Assembly (NCBI GenBank): GCA_951406725.2
Contig: OX597820.1
Span: 71,548,001-71,612,000 of the forward strand
DNA length: 64,000 bases
Direction: 5' to 3'
Source of the DNA: Octopus vulgaris
Lineage: Eukaryota
Notes under the pieces: model-generated
What the model saw: the letters and a program-made list of their open reading frames with translations, nothing else
What the model was told of the DNA's origin: nothing
Database searches by the model: none
Translations under genes and position numbers: made by a program
Part shown: piece after piece, positions 25,800 to 39,667 of the stretch
Layout: the number at the start of each line of letters is the position of its first letter
How positions within the stretch are numbered: position 1 is the stretch's first letter

Positions 25800-25970
25800 G
25801 GTTATTCTAGCAATTTTGTGCCAAAGGTGTCCAGTATAAAGAGGCTTATGAGGTTGCAGATGTCCATGCTGTTGAATACTCTCATCATCTCATCAAACAA
25901 GCCATCTATTTTGGTTGGTCTGTCCCAAGGTGAACCTTTATTAAACTGTAGGATTTTCTGTCATGCATTA
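25800..25970 (-). mobile_element. Penelope-like reverse transcriptase remnant
   Basis: Minus-strand FNKGSPWDRPTKIDGLFDEMMRVFNSMDICNLISLFIL resembles PLE [27 protein letters not shown]. Confidence 0.65.
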
Positions 25971-26736
25971 TTACAGTTATATAAAGTATATATATTTATA
26001 TAGTGCAATTTACACTCCAGATTACTTGACAAATAACCTGCATTAAAAACTCTATGTGAATTTTTGTTTGTATTGTAATTTTATTCCATGTTATTAAGTC
26101 CAGGTTTGATTGTTCCACAGAGTATAATTAGAAGAGAAACCAGAGCATGAGAGGTTCTTTGTAAGATATTTAATTACACCAGTTCGTTTTATTCACATAA
26201 GGTGATTGTTAGTTACATAAAGCAAAATTAAAAATTACATAATGTGCACTTGTTGCCAAATCATATGAGACATGTAATTATGAAATGCAATATCGGTAGA
26301 GAGAACATGTGATAGTAGCAGTAAACATTGAGGAGATGGCTTGCAGCTGTAGAGTATAGATAGTGGAGGTAAGCTATAAAAAAAGAACACATTTTACATA
26401 AAAAAGGGACATATTTTACATAGGACACACAATGCTCAAGCAAATATATATGAAAGGGAGTTATCAGTATGTCTACGAAATAAAGTGGGCATTAACTTCG
26501 GTGCAGTTTCATTGTTTCTTCCTAACTATTGTTTTTCTGTGATGTACATTAAGGTTTGACTGTCATAAAATTTAGTTCAACTGTGTGTTGTAGATATATC
26601 AATTCTAGCAGACATAAATGTACACATATAATAGATTTACACCTAGACAAGTATGTCCACGCAAAGTGACATATACATACATATATGCATATGTGTATTT
26701 GTATACACACATGTATATTCATACATACATATATAT

Positions 26737-29700
26737 ATTGACACATTGAAAGGCAGGTCTGGTGAGATAGTTGAGATGCTTGAATGGAGACATGTAGATT
26801 TGTGCTGCATCCAAGATGTAAGGTGGAAAGGAAGTTCTGCTAGATTCCTCACAGGCAAAGAACATAGGTATAAGATTTTCTGGGCAGGGAATACTGACAG
26901 GGTTAGGGGCATGGCTATACTTCTTGAGGAGAAATAAGTTGATAGGGTAATCGAGGTAGTCAGAGTCTATAATAGAATACTTAAGGTTAGATTAGTGCTG
27001 CAACATAGATTAGCAACCATTATCTCAATTTATGCCCCTGAGCCAGGGCTACCTGTTGAACAGAAAGACTGATTTTATGACACCCTCTTGCAGACTACCT
27101 CATCATCGAATGACAGGGACCTTCTCTTTGTGGCTGGTGACTTCAATAGGTATATTGGACAATATCCAGGGAGCTCCCATGGTGAACATAGTGGCTATGA
27201 ATTTGGTTCCTGAAATCAGGAGGGAACCAGGCTGTGGAGTTCTGTGATGCAAATGATCTTATGATCTGTAATAGTAACTTCAAGAAACCTGCTAGTTACC
27301 TGTTCACCTACCAGTCTGGTGGACACACATGTCAGATTGACTACATTCTTGCCAGGAAACAGGAAATATGGCTACTTATAAATGCCAAAACTTTCCCCGG
27401 TGAAGAATGCACTCCACAACACAGGTTAGTAGTTACTGACTTCAGTATTAGGGCTAAATAGCTGCCCAGAAGACGACCAGCATGGAAAAGAAGAGTCTGG
27501 AAGCTTAAGGATCCTGTGAATTGACAGAGATTTAGAGGCATATTACTTGAAGCTTCTGATAAAAAAGAGGAGGATATAGCATCACATAATGTGGAAGACA
27601 ATTAGAGGTTCATACGGGGTAACCTGTTGAGAGCTACTGACCAGATCTGTTGATGATGCAAAGTCCCCTCTCAGCCTAAAGTAATGTGGTGGTGGAACAA
27701 TGTAGTTGACAGGGTCATTAGGGAAAAGAAACAAGCATGGAAGGACTGGAAGAAAGGTGGTAGCAGGGAATTGTATCAGATAGCCAGAAGGGAAGCTAGG
27801 AGACAGTTTTACTTAGCTAGAGGGGAAGCAGATAAGATAAAATTTGCCAATGTTCTGCATTGCAAGGACCAAAGACTCGAAGTGTTTTGTGTTGCAAGAC
27901 AGTGTGTGAGAGAGAATCATGATGTCATAGGAGAAAAATGTGTCCCCATGATTGATGGCTCACTTGCATTTAATGAGGCTGCAAAGAGAGAGACTTGGAG
28001 ACACCACTATGAAAGGTTGCTAAATGAAGAGAATAAATAGGAGGAGAGTCTGCCAAATGTCGACCCAACATAGGGACCAGCTATTTGAATTGACAATACT
28101 TTGGTAGATAAAGCAATTAAGGGTATGAAGACAATGAAAGCCCCTGGCCCATCAAGAATCACTGTAGAGATGCTTAAAATATCTGGCACTGTAGGCTATA
28201 GTCTAGCCACCCATATAGTCAACCAGGTGATACATGAAGGAGTCATACCCAATGACTGGTGTAGCAGTACCATATTCAACTGCTACAAAGGTAAAGGTGA
28301 TACATTAGATACGAATAATTAGAGAGGTATCAAATTGTTGGATCAGGTAATGAAAGTCATGGAGAGGGTCATAGCCCAACTAATTATGGAGAGAGTTAGT
28401 TTAGATGAGATGCAGTTTAGGTTTATGCCAGGGAGAAGCAAAACTGATACTTATATTTCTGATAAAACAGCTACAGGAGAAATTCCTAGCCAAAGATAAA
28501 CCTCTATACTTGGCTTTCATTGACATAGAGAAGGCATTTGATAGGGTCCCCTGATCCCTTATCTGGTGGTCAATGTGGAAACTTGGGATAGATGAGTGAT
28601 TTAGTGAGAGCTGTACAAGCCATGTACAGGGATACTGTCAGTAAGGTGAAGGTTGGCAATGAGTATAGTGAAGAATTCTGGGTAGGTGTAGGTGTAGGGA
28701 GTCCAGCAAGTATCATCAATGAATAAGCCCCCTCTTATTCATCATAGTCCTCCAAGCAATAACAGAGGAATTCAAAACAGGATGCCTCTGGGAGCTCCTC
28801 TATGCTGATGACATTGCTCTAATAGCTGAATCACTCTCAGAACTAGTGGCGAAGTTTCGGGTGTGGAAGTAAGGTCTAAATTTAGCAAAAACCAAAGTCT
28901 TAATAAGTAGGAAGGCAGACAAATCACAAATCCCTTCAGGTAGATAGTCCTGCTTGATCTGTAGAAAAAGTATAGAAAAAGTATAGTTAGATCTACTCAG
29001 TGTAAGTTATGGACACATAAGAGGTGCAGCAATATCAAAGGAAGCTTAACTGGGAAGATAGTTTTAGTGTGTGACAAATGCACAATGGCAATAAACACTG
29101 AAAATGTGCAGAAAACAGCTTCCATCACATGCCAAGGGAAAAACTAGAAGTAGTTGAAAGCTTTCATTACTTAGGTAACCAAGTCAGTAGATGGGCTGGA
29201 TGCTCTGAGAGTGTGGCTGCTAGAATAAGATTAGCTAGGGCAAAGTTCAGAGAGCTCCTACTTCTACTGGCAACAAAGGGCCTCTCCCTCAAAATGAAAG
29301 GTAGACTGTCTGACACATATGTGTGAACAGTCATGCTACATGGCAGTGAAACATGGATTGTGACTGCTGAGGACATGTGCAGGCTTGAAAGAAATGAAGC
29401 TAGAAAAGTTGGACATAAGAAGCATCAGATGTGGCATGCAAGAAAGGCAACTGCACTGGTATTGTCATGTGTTACGCATGGATGAGGACAGCTGTGTGAA
29501 GAAGTGTCACACCATAACAGTGGAGGGAACCGGTGGAAGAAGTAGACCTAGGAAGACCTGGGATGAGGTGGTGAAGCAGGACCTTTGAATGTTGGGCCTC
29601 ACTGGGGCAATGATGAGTGACTGAGACCTTTGGAGATATGCTGTGCTTGAGAAGACCCAGCAAGCCAAGTGAGATCATAACTGTGGCCTATGCAAGTGTC

Positions 29701-30143
29701 GCCTAACCTGCACATTTAATAGTACCCTTCAATTGCGAGGCAATATGCTGTGCTTGAGAAGATCTGCTGAGTCAAGTGAAATTGTTGTCATGGCCAATGG
29801 CAGTACTGCCTGACTGGCACCCCTGCTGGTGGCACATAAAAAGCACCATTTGAGAGTGGTCAATGTCAGTGCTGCTGGACTGGCTCCCATGCCGGTGACA
29901 CATAAAATGCACCATTTGAGTATGGTTGATGTCAGTGTTGCCTGACTGGTCTCTGTGCTGGTGGCACATAAAAGGCCCTCAATACACACTTGGAGTGGTG
30001 GGTGTCAGGAAGGGCATCCAGCTGTAGAAACCTCACTAGATCAGATTGGAACCTGTGGCAGCCTCCTGGCTTGCTAGTCCTCAGTCAAACCGTCCAACCC
30101 ATGCCAGCATGGAAAGTGGATGTTAAATGATGATGATGATGAT
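26737..30143 (+). mobile_element. Near full-length degenerate RTE LINE (APE endonuclease, RT, PHD-like finger, 3' UTR, (GAT)n tail)
   Basis: TLKGRSGEIVEMLE..DLCCIQDVRW, AGDFN, QIDYIL, QHRLVV (APE); KAPGPS, RGIKLL, EKAFDRV, LLYADD at 28795-28812; VESFHYLG; RPRKTWDEVV. Multiple stops and frameshifts. Confidence 0.95.
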
Positions 30144-33048
30144 ATATACATATGTGTGTGTAGAGAGAGGGAGAGAGCCATATATATATATATATATATA
30201 TATATGTATTTACCAAGAGTGATATGTAGTGGGACTGAACCCAAAACTATGTGATTGAAAAGGAATCTTCCTTACCACACAATCATGCTTGTATCCATAT
30301 ATATATGTGTGTGTGTGTGTATGTGTTAACATATGTGTTTGCATGTACTCCAGCAGTGGCAGCCTGGTAGCTATTTGCAATATCAGTGAATGTATTATTG
30401 ACTGTTTCCTATCGCAGAGGCAACAAATCTCAACTAGGCATATTTTTCCTCTTTAAATGGAATGGCAATCAGATGATACAATTTATATACAAATAACATA
30501 CGTATCTTTCAAAATTGTATCTACTTGTTATATAACGTGAAACAATATTGTTGTGCACCTTTACATGAACCATAGGGCTCTACCTGAAAGGTAGGTGAGT
30601 TATAATAAATAGTGGGGATGAACAAGTTTGTTACTGAGTTGTAAGGTACATCAAAATGTGAGAAAATATGGATATTTTTAATCAAAAATTATCAAAATTT
30701 GCAGAAAACGTTTCCCCGTGATAGAACTGAAGGTACAATGTAAAACATTTAGTCAGCTTAAACATTACAGTTGACATTATTCTAAATGTTTGATTTTCTT
30801 TCTCTTTTGACTTGAGTAATTTTTATCTTAAAGATAAATAAAATGATGAATAAAAATATCATTTAACCTTTCGATTATTTTTGCATAAAATACAATAGAA
30901 ACTTCTTTCATAGAAATATACTTTATAAGTTGTATAGAGCCATTATTTATTCACATAAAACTTGAACACAGAATAAAGAAAGCTAATTTACAATTTATAT
31001 TTCTTTGGTTCATAATAGCTGTTATAGAATTATCATCATTTCAATCAGTATTCTCTTTGATGTATCAAATGAAATGCTCAGATTTTTTTTGTATAGTATT
31101 ATCAAATTTTTCGATAAAATTTTCTACTATGACAAGATATGGAAATGTCATAGACGAATTTTGCAGCATATGTCTCAGACTAGGACTTCCTGATTTACAT
31201 AATCCTTGATCCTGTCTCAGTTTCATAGGAAACTGGAAAGAAGCAGCCTTTGCAAGTTGATAAGCACATCAAATGAAGAGAAACATGTAACCATGCAAAA
31301 AGGGAATGTGTGAGAGTATATACAGCATTTGTTTGACTTTCTCTCAAGACATCTAATGAAATACTTTTACTGCAGGGAGATATGTTGACACTTTAATGAC
31401 ATTCTCATTAAGGTTGATTCATTGCTACCATTATAAGTTTGCTTGCATCACCTTTAAATAATCAATGTAATTGGCCTCACTAATGTAAGTACACTGTAGT
31501 TTATTAAGGAATTTCTGTGTTCTTTGATTTACTGACTTTTCCAGTTAATGAAGACCTATAGTCACCTTTCATATTTTGTTGCTCTGTAATGAAATTGCGC
31601 TCATGATAAATATACATATGTTGTAACAAACCTAAAGGAGAGAAAGAGTTTTAATTTAGATTCTGTAATTTTCTTTTATTCACCTGGAGAATGTGACTCT
31701 TTCAATCAAAGATATAAGAAGATAAGGCATACGTTTCATACAAGCCTTTATCTGATATTGTGATTAATAGCCTCCTTTAGACTAATTTCATATTTTCAAT
31801 ATTATAGGAAAGATTCAATTGACACTATTTAAAGCTTGCATCAGGATTGTTGTAGATCTCTTATCTTAGATGATTTTTGTAACATTTCTGATTGGATTCT
31901 AAAATTTAATATTTGTGGTGTATGTAGCTAAAGGCTGCTAAAAAATATTTAACATTTGATTGGCTGACAGTTACACTACTTCAAAATGTGATTAAAAATT
32001 CAGCTCTTAATGTAAATTAATAGGTATTTAAAATTTTAGCTCATTTAGCTTTGGATTTATAAAATATGTACTTTATGAACTATGCACATATTTTTCACTT
32101 CATGTAAGAACTGCTTTTATCAAAAAAATTTATATGAAGCATCATAGTAAACAGAGAAAACATTTTGAATTCACATATCAATCACATTATGTAATTACAA
32201 TTTTTAAGTCTGCAAAAATGAAATGGAAAAAGAATAAGCTATTAGGGAAACAGAATTTCATGCATTCTTATAATGAACTAAAATTTTCTCAATAATCCTC
32301 ATTATCATGTTTTTCAGCACCATGCTTAATGTAACAAGGTAATAAAGACTAAAATATCCATTTAACTACAAGCAGTTGTTAACATGGGGATTTGTCAGCT
32401 GTAGGGTGTAAACATTTTCTAACATTTAAAAGAAATGTATTTAATTTGGTATTGAAGGAATTAAGAGTTAAAGCAAGTAATTAAACATATTAACTCAAGA
32501 TAATATTGGTTGTTATTTTCTTGTTAGGCTATTTATTAAGTTATTACTGATTAATGCAAATTTTTTTTTAAATGAAATAGTAAGGTAAAAAATTAATATA
32601 GTTAGAAAATACAAGCAACAACAATGCATAACCTGCTCTGGCTTGAATAATGAAGAAGAGAATGAAATCATTCCTGTCTCGATTTTGTGAGCAATGTAAA
32701 ATTAGCAAGCATTTAAATAATTTCAAATACAAAATTAAATGTTTTTATACATACAATACAAAAATAATGGTCAAGCTTGCAAACTTCCAATTACCACATG
32801 GTTTTGTTCAGCTTTCACTTTATATTTTCTGATTGAAGATATAATGACAATTGCAGTTGCTTTCAATAAATGTAGAGAATAAATGACTAGCATTAATTAA
32901 TCAAATCTGTTTGAAGACTATTAGTCATTCAGGTGGAAGAACATCCAAATGTTACTTAATTTCTGAAATAAGCCTGTTAAATTCATCATAACACAAAGAT
33001 ATAACTGCTGAGGCATGATTACAACCAGTGGTGCTCTTTCCTTCATTG

Positions 33049-33140
33049 TCATCATCGTCGTCATTTAACATCCGTTTTCCATACTGGCATGGGTTGGACG
33101 GTTTGACTGAGGGTTGAAAAGCCAGAAGGTTGCACCAGGT
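33049..33140 (-). mobile_element. Very short RTE 3' end
   Basis: catcatcgtcgtcatttaacatccgttttccatactggcatgggttggacgg. Confidence 0.8.
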
Positions 33141-33584
33141 TCTTCTTTTTACTGATTTCAGTCATTAGACTGCAACCATACTATGGACTCATCTTCAAAG
33201 AATTTAAAGTCTGGTACTAGTTTCATGAACCTCTAATGAATGTTTTTAAGTTCACCTCTGGAGTGAAGTCTCTTTTAAAATTACCACTCTTTAGTAATGT
33301 AATTAGCTTAAACTCCAAATAACGCCAGCACACAAATACACACACACACACACATACATACAATAAACTTAAGCACACATTTTGCATACTAAATTACATT
33401 TGCCAGGCATTGGGTAAACTGAAACTTTGAGTGAAAATACTTGTACCCTCATTCATATTGGTTTAAGAAACTATTATATTGAGGACATTTATATAATTCT
33501 GCTTCATTAATTTTCTTTGGTATTAAAAAAAATTATTATATAAAGCAGATTTTATATTTCTTTGACCACTTCTCTGACTCCTTA

Positions 33585-33816
33585 CAGTAATCTCTCACCA
33601 TATCATGGTTCACCTATCACAGTTCACCTATTGCAGTTTATTATTCAAGGTTATGTCAATTCCTCCATGGTGTTATTTTGCATTTATAATAAAATAAATA
33701 TATACAAGTTATAAAAATAATAAAAAAATATACAGTATAGTACTGTTTCTACTTTTCAGATTTTCACCTATCGCAGGTTTTGGAACGTAACACCTGCAAT
33801 AGTTGAGGGATTACTG
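33585..33816. mobile_element. Tigger/pogo-like MITE
   Basis: TIRs cagtaatctctca / tgagggattactg, each flanked by TA. Confidence 0.85.
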
Positions 33817-35289
33817 TATATAATTATTATATGAGTCTGCATCTTTAAATCTCCCATCCATTTTCATCATCACACCTAAAAATAAAATTACAGAATTTTA
33901 AGAAGTTTTTTATGAAATACTATAAAACTGTTCTGTTTTATTTAGTATTTCTATATTTTAAATAGTCATAATTGTTTTTTGATTCGTTATATTTTATTTG
34001 TCTATTTAGCATATTAGATTTTTATTATTTCTTTCACATATGTCTTAAGTATCACATTTAGAGAAATAATTTGAATTCAAAAGAACCCTTTGCACCTTAT
34101 TGTTAATGATAAAAAGGGTTTGTAAATACCTTTTAGTGCTGAGAACTTATTTATTTACTAATTAAATAATCTGGAATCCTATACAGAGTAGAAGATAATA
34201 TTGTTTCATTAAATTTCCAGGTTAAAGTATGAAAGCAGAAATTACCATATATAGTTTTTACATTGGTTCGGCATTCAACACAACAGCCCGGAGAAAAAAA
34301 AATGAAATTACCATTATTTTATTATTTAGTTAGAGAAAGAAGGGCCCCTGCAGGTTTTTTGAGACTGGTGAGGTTGAGATAATTAATGTTCAGTCTGAAC
34401 TATTGAAGATTGGTACCTAGAGGGAATTGGATGGAGAAATTTGTTCTACAGTGCTTTAGTTCTGAAAACAATGTTAGAATTGGCTTGAAAAATATGTTCT
34501 TTTGAGAAACAAAGCATCACATATTCTTGAATTGACATTTTATTAACTTAAAGAACAGAGCCCTAATCTTGCCAGGAAAAAAAAAATTACTGTATCTGCA
34601 ACAAAACCTCATTATCTTAAAGTAGTGCTCAAAATACATTTTAAAACAGTTGCTGATAGAATAGCCTTTGTGAATCTTAATATTTTTTTCTTACTGCAGT
34701 GTTGCTATTTCAGATTAGCTATAATTTTTACAATATCACTTATGTTAAAAATGTAAGATTTTTGAGATAAAAAAAAATACTGAAATATATCTGAAAAAAT
34801 TTTTCAGAAATATACATGACTACTAAATATATTTTCAGTAGCTCTACAATTTTAAATTATGTTATTTACATAATTGAAAAATACAGTATTGAGGATTAGA
34901 CAATATTAGAGAGTTTTCAAATGACAAACAATTGATAGCATGTATCTACTCAGGCATAGTTTTGAATACCATTTTTTTTTTTCTCAATTTTGATAAAATC
35001 TTCCTGAATTTGTCTTTCTATCAATTTCTTTAATACGTCTAGGTTGTTTTGCTAAATTCTTGCTTTTTGTGTCTACTGGGTGATAGTAAAATGATTGGTA
35101 GGATTACAAAATGACTGCTTATTTTTTCGGCCCCTTGACATTGCCAATTTATTAGAATATGTATAAGAAAAAACAGCATTTGATTCTTTATGATAAAACA
35201 TTACATTTATTTTATCTTGTTGTGACTTAGGAGGATCGTAATGCCAATAATAATAAACATGTGCACACAAACACTGCTATAGCCCTGTG

Positions 35290-35613
35290 CTGACTATAAA
35301 AAAAAAACCATGTAAGTGAATTTAATAGAAGAAAACTGAAGAAACCTATTGTGTATGTGTGTGTGTGTGTGTATGTGTGTGTCAGTGTGTGTACTCTTGT
35401 CTTGACCTCAGTATTATTGGAAATGAGCATCATTATCATTCAAGTGAGTATTTTCATGTGAAATTATCACTGGTCAGGAAGAAAAGATCAACTTACTTGG
35501 AAACGGGTGAGGGTTGGCAAGAGGAAGGGCATCCAGCTGTAGAGAATATGCCTTAACATATATCATCTAACCCATGCAAGCATGGAAAGCAGATGATAAA
35601 TGATGATGATGAT
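35290..35613 (+). mobile_element. SINE-like repeat with internal (GT)n and RTE-like 3' tail
   Basis: gaaactgaagaaacc-(GT)n..cttacttggaaacgggtgagggttggcaagaggaagggcatccagctgtaga..cccatgcaagcatggaaa..(GAT)n. Confidence 0.7.
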
Positions 35614-35660
35614 ATTTACACGCACATGAATGCATGTACATATGCACACATACATGTAAG

Positions 35661-35708
<48 letters not shown>

Positions 35709-36164
35709 TACACACACACACTTTTCAATTCTGAGTGGTATATACTTCTGGCAATTCTTGGCAGTAATCTATTTGCTGAATGCTAGATGTTCAGCAGTTG
35801 CAGTAAAATTTTCATAAATCAGTTAACTTTGACATAAATTTTCGAGAGTGAAATAGTTTTCAAATAGCTTCTGACAGAATTTCTTGCATCTTACACATTT
35901 TCTGCATTCTTTATATAAAACATAAAATTAATTTTCCTTTCATTATCAGCTTCAGCTTGTGAAACAGATTTATATCTGCAAGGATTCTTGAATAAATATA
36001 TATATTTTGAATTCTACACTAGTTGGTAATTTTTATATGCTCCATGTTTCTTGTATTGAGCACTTTGATTAATTGTTATCACTCTGCTGATTGTAAATGT
36101 TTGAGTGTGTGTGTGTGTGTGGATAGATGTGCGTATACTTATCTCTATGTGTATGCACACATAC

Positions 36165-37890
36165 ACAGGTGAGCTGAGAGATGAACCAAGTATAAAAACA
36201 ATCAGGTATAGTGTGCAAGAATGAAAAAACATAAGATATAGGCTGATATGGTAAAAGCTAATCTCAGGATATTAAACCTTAACACAAGGGATGTCTAAAG
36301 AATACAACTGATGGTGAGACACTGAATGTACTGGAAAGTGCTTTATCAACCTACGCTAGCATAGCTAAGTGAACGTAAAAATGCACAAAGCTAACACTAT
36401 TGCTCAAGCTGCTAGACACAATTTTAAGGCATCCAAATGTTGGATTTACCGACAGAAAAGACATGGAATTTCTTTTACCTTTTTCTAAAAGGTAAGCGTT
36501 GTAGTTCACTAGTTCACATATTTCTCTTTAGAGAACACAAACTAAACATTTCATATTTTGCAGGTGATGTAGCTGAAGCTGAAATCGATGGAGCCCATCA
36601 ATTTCATGAGACAACCATGCAGCTTCTGTTGAAATCGTATCAGCCACAGGACATCTACAATGTCAATGAAACTGGGATCAACTTTTGTTCATTACCAGGA
36701 AATACATGATGTCAATGAGAGTTGGAAGAAAACTGAGGGACAAAGGACCGTGTGACCTTGATGGTGGCCTACAACATGAATGGAGACAAAGAAGACTTGC
36801 TCTTAATCAGGTGATGGTGGCCTGCAACATGAATGGAGACAAAGAAGACTGGCTCTTAATCAGGCTGGTTCACCAAGATGCTTCAAAAATGTCAAAACAC
36901 TTCCGATTCAGAATGACTTTTCAACCAATGCTTGGATGACAGAAAATATCTATGGAAGATAGCTCGGGTCTTGGGATTGTCATTTGGAGGAATTTGGAAG
37001 ACAAGTGGTAGTCCTACTTGACAATTGCTCTTCTCATCTAGTCATTGATGATCTCAAGAATATCACTTTAAAATTTCTTCCACCCAACACAATGTCAGTG
37101 CTGCAGCCCTGTGACATGAAGCTTACTTCAGACATGAAATGCATGAGAAGATCGTTAATGTTATGGAAGACACTGAACACGACATTTGTTCACAAGAAGA
37201 TGCAAAGTGGATCACCATTTTGGATGCCATGTACATGTTAAGCGTAGCTTGGGTGAAGGTCTCTAGCCAGACAATCAAACATTGGATCAAAGCTGGTTTT
37301 GTTTCGGTTGAAGAATCAAATGAAGACATAGATGATAATGAAGATTTGATCCTGCCTTCACCACCAACTGGATTGACTAAAAAGCAATTCAAGAACTGGT
37401 TGTCCATAGATGATGGTGATATTGTTGTTCCAGAGATCACCGAAGCAGAAAAACTAGGTGAGATCATTCATGACATTTGGCAATTGGAGAAGGAAACCGA
37501 AAGACATGAAGATGGCAATTCTGACATTGATGTTGATGAAAGATTTCCGGACTCTCCACCACCAGTTGAAATGAGACACTATCCAACTCAATTAGAAAGT
37601 GGCTTTGAAAGTTTTGATTTCAGTAACATGAATCTTTTTAGAACTCTCAAGGAAAAAATCAATGCAGAATTGTGAGCAAAGTGTCCAGCAAAGCAAACAA
37701 CACTCAACAATTATTTCATTCAATGGCATTGTTTATAATGTTTTTATTCATGTATTCACATATGTATGTATTTTAATAAATATACATGTTTAATCATTTG
37801 GCGAATTTTGTGCCTTCTGTTAATAAATCCATTGCTTAATAAATCCAAAATAGGTGGTCCCAAGATGAATTTATAAAGCAGGGTCTACTG
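36165..37890 (+). pseudogene. Decayed pogo/Tigger transposase with right TIR
   Basis: FKASKCWIYRQKRHGI (CENP-B HTH), YQPQDIYNVNETG, LLDNCSSH, FLPPNTMSVLQPCD (DDE_1), AWVKVSSQTIKHWIKAGF, C-terminal QTTLNNYF; ends gggtctactg followed by TA. Left end uncertain. Confidence 0.9.
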
Positions 37891-38087
37891 TATATATATA
37901 TAGTTGAAATTTACAGGAAGACAAAAGAGGAAGACTGGTGTATGAACGACAAGCAGGTGTATTAGTTTGATGTTCGAGAAAGTGAGAAAGTCTTTTATGT
38001 TTTGAGCCTATGCTCTTCAACAGAAAGTAATAAGAGAAATTAAAAAGAGAGAGAATAAAAAAAGTTGTGGATATATATATATATATA

Positions 38088-39165
38088 GACACCATTGATA
38101 CTCAGAAAATTCCATTACGCTCCTGGGGGAGAAACTTGAAGTAGTTGATAGTTTCCACTACCTAGGTGACCAAGTTAGTAGCAGGGGTGGATGCTCAGAG
38201 AGTGTTACCACTAGAATAAGAATAGCCTTGGCAAAGTTTAGGAAGCTTCTTCCCTACTGGCGACAAAGGGTCTCTCGCTCAGAGTGAAAGGTAGATTGTA
38301 TGACGCATGTGTGTGAACTGCCATGCTTCATGGTAGTGAAACATCAGCCGTGACTGCAGAGGCTATGCGTAGGCTCAAAAGAAATGAAGCTAACATGATC
38401 TGCTGGATGTGTAATGTCAATGTTCTGCATGACAGCGTGTAAGCGCCCTGAGAGAAATGTTGGGCCTAAAAAGCATTGGATGCAGCATGCAGGAGAGACA
38501 TTTGCATTGGTATGGTCATGTACTACGGATGGATGAGGAGAGATGTCTGAAGAAGTGCTACTCCCAAACAGTTGAAGGAATCCAGGGTAGAGGTAAACAC
38601 AGGAAGACATGGGATGAGGTGGTCAAGCATGACCTTTGTACGTTGAGCCTCACAGAGGCTATGACGAAAGACTGAGACCTCTGGAGATATGCTGTGACTT
38701 CGAAGACCCGACAAATGATGTGAGTCCATGGCTTGCAGGACGGCCTGCTGTACTAACCTTGGATCGTAGAGTGACCCGCTGTTCTTGAGGAGACCTATTG
38801 TGTCAAGTACATCAACACCAACATCAAAATGAAAATCAAATGGAAATTGTAGTTAAGATACCTGTGCTGGTGACACGTTAAAAGCACCATCTGAACATGG
38901 CAGTTGCCAGCGCTACCTGACTGGCGTCCATATCGGTGACACGTAAAAGCACCAACCGATTGTGGCCATTTGCCAGCCTCATCTGGCCCCTGTGCCGGTG
39001 GCACGTAAAAAGCACCCACTACACTCTTGGAGTGGTTGGCGTTAGGAAGGGCATCCAGCTGTAGAAGCACTGCCAGATCAGACTGGAGCCTAGTGCAGCC
39101 TCCTGGCTTCCCAGTCCCCGGTCAAACCGCCCAACCCATGCTAGCATGGGAAACGGACGTTAAAC

Positions 39166-39216
<51 letters not shown>
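38088..39216 (+). mobile_element. 5'-truncated RTE LINE
   Basis: LEVVDSFHYLGDQ, MLHGSET, WYGHVLRM, RKTWDEVV; three UTR hairpin modules; long (GAT)n tail; TA repeats on both sides. Confidence 0.93.
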
Positions 39217-39239
39217 ATATATATATATATATGTATGTA

Positions 39240-39458
39240 TGTGTGTTTGTTTCCTTCCATCACTTGACAATCAATGTTAGTGTGTTTATGTCCCTGTAAC
39301 TTAGCAGTTTGGCAAAAGAGGCTAATGGAATAAGTACCTTACTTGGAAACATGTGAGGGTTGGTGACAGGTGGGGAATCTGGCTGTAGAAAATCCACCTC
39401 AGGAAATTCTGTCTGACCTATGCAAGTATGGAAAAATGAACATTAAACTGATGAAGAT
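39240..39458 (+). mobile_element. SINE-like fragment with RTE-like tail
   Basis: tgtttatgtccctgtaacttagcagtttggcaaaagag..taagtacc..cttacttggaaac..gagggttgg..atgcaagtatggaaaa. Confidence 0.55.
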
Positions 39459-39620
39459 CATATGTATATGTGTGTGTGTGTGTGTGTGTATGTATGTAAA
39501 TATATATAATATGTACATATATGTGTGTGTATATATATGTATATATGCATAGATGCATACATATATACATGTATATATATGTCTATATCTATCTATCAGT
39601 CTCTCTCTCTCTCTCTCCCC

Positions 39621-39667
<47 letters not shown>

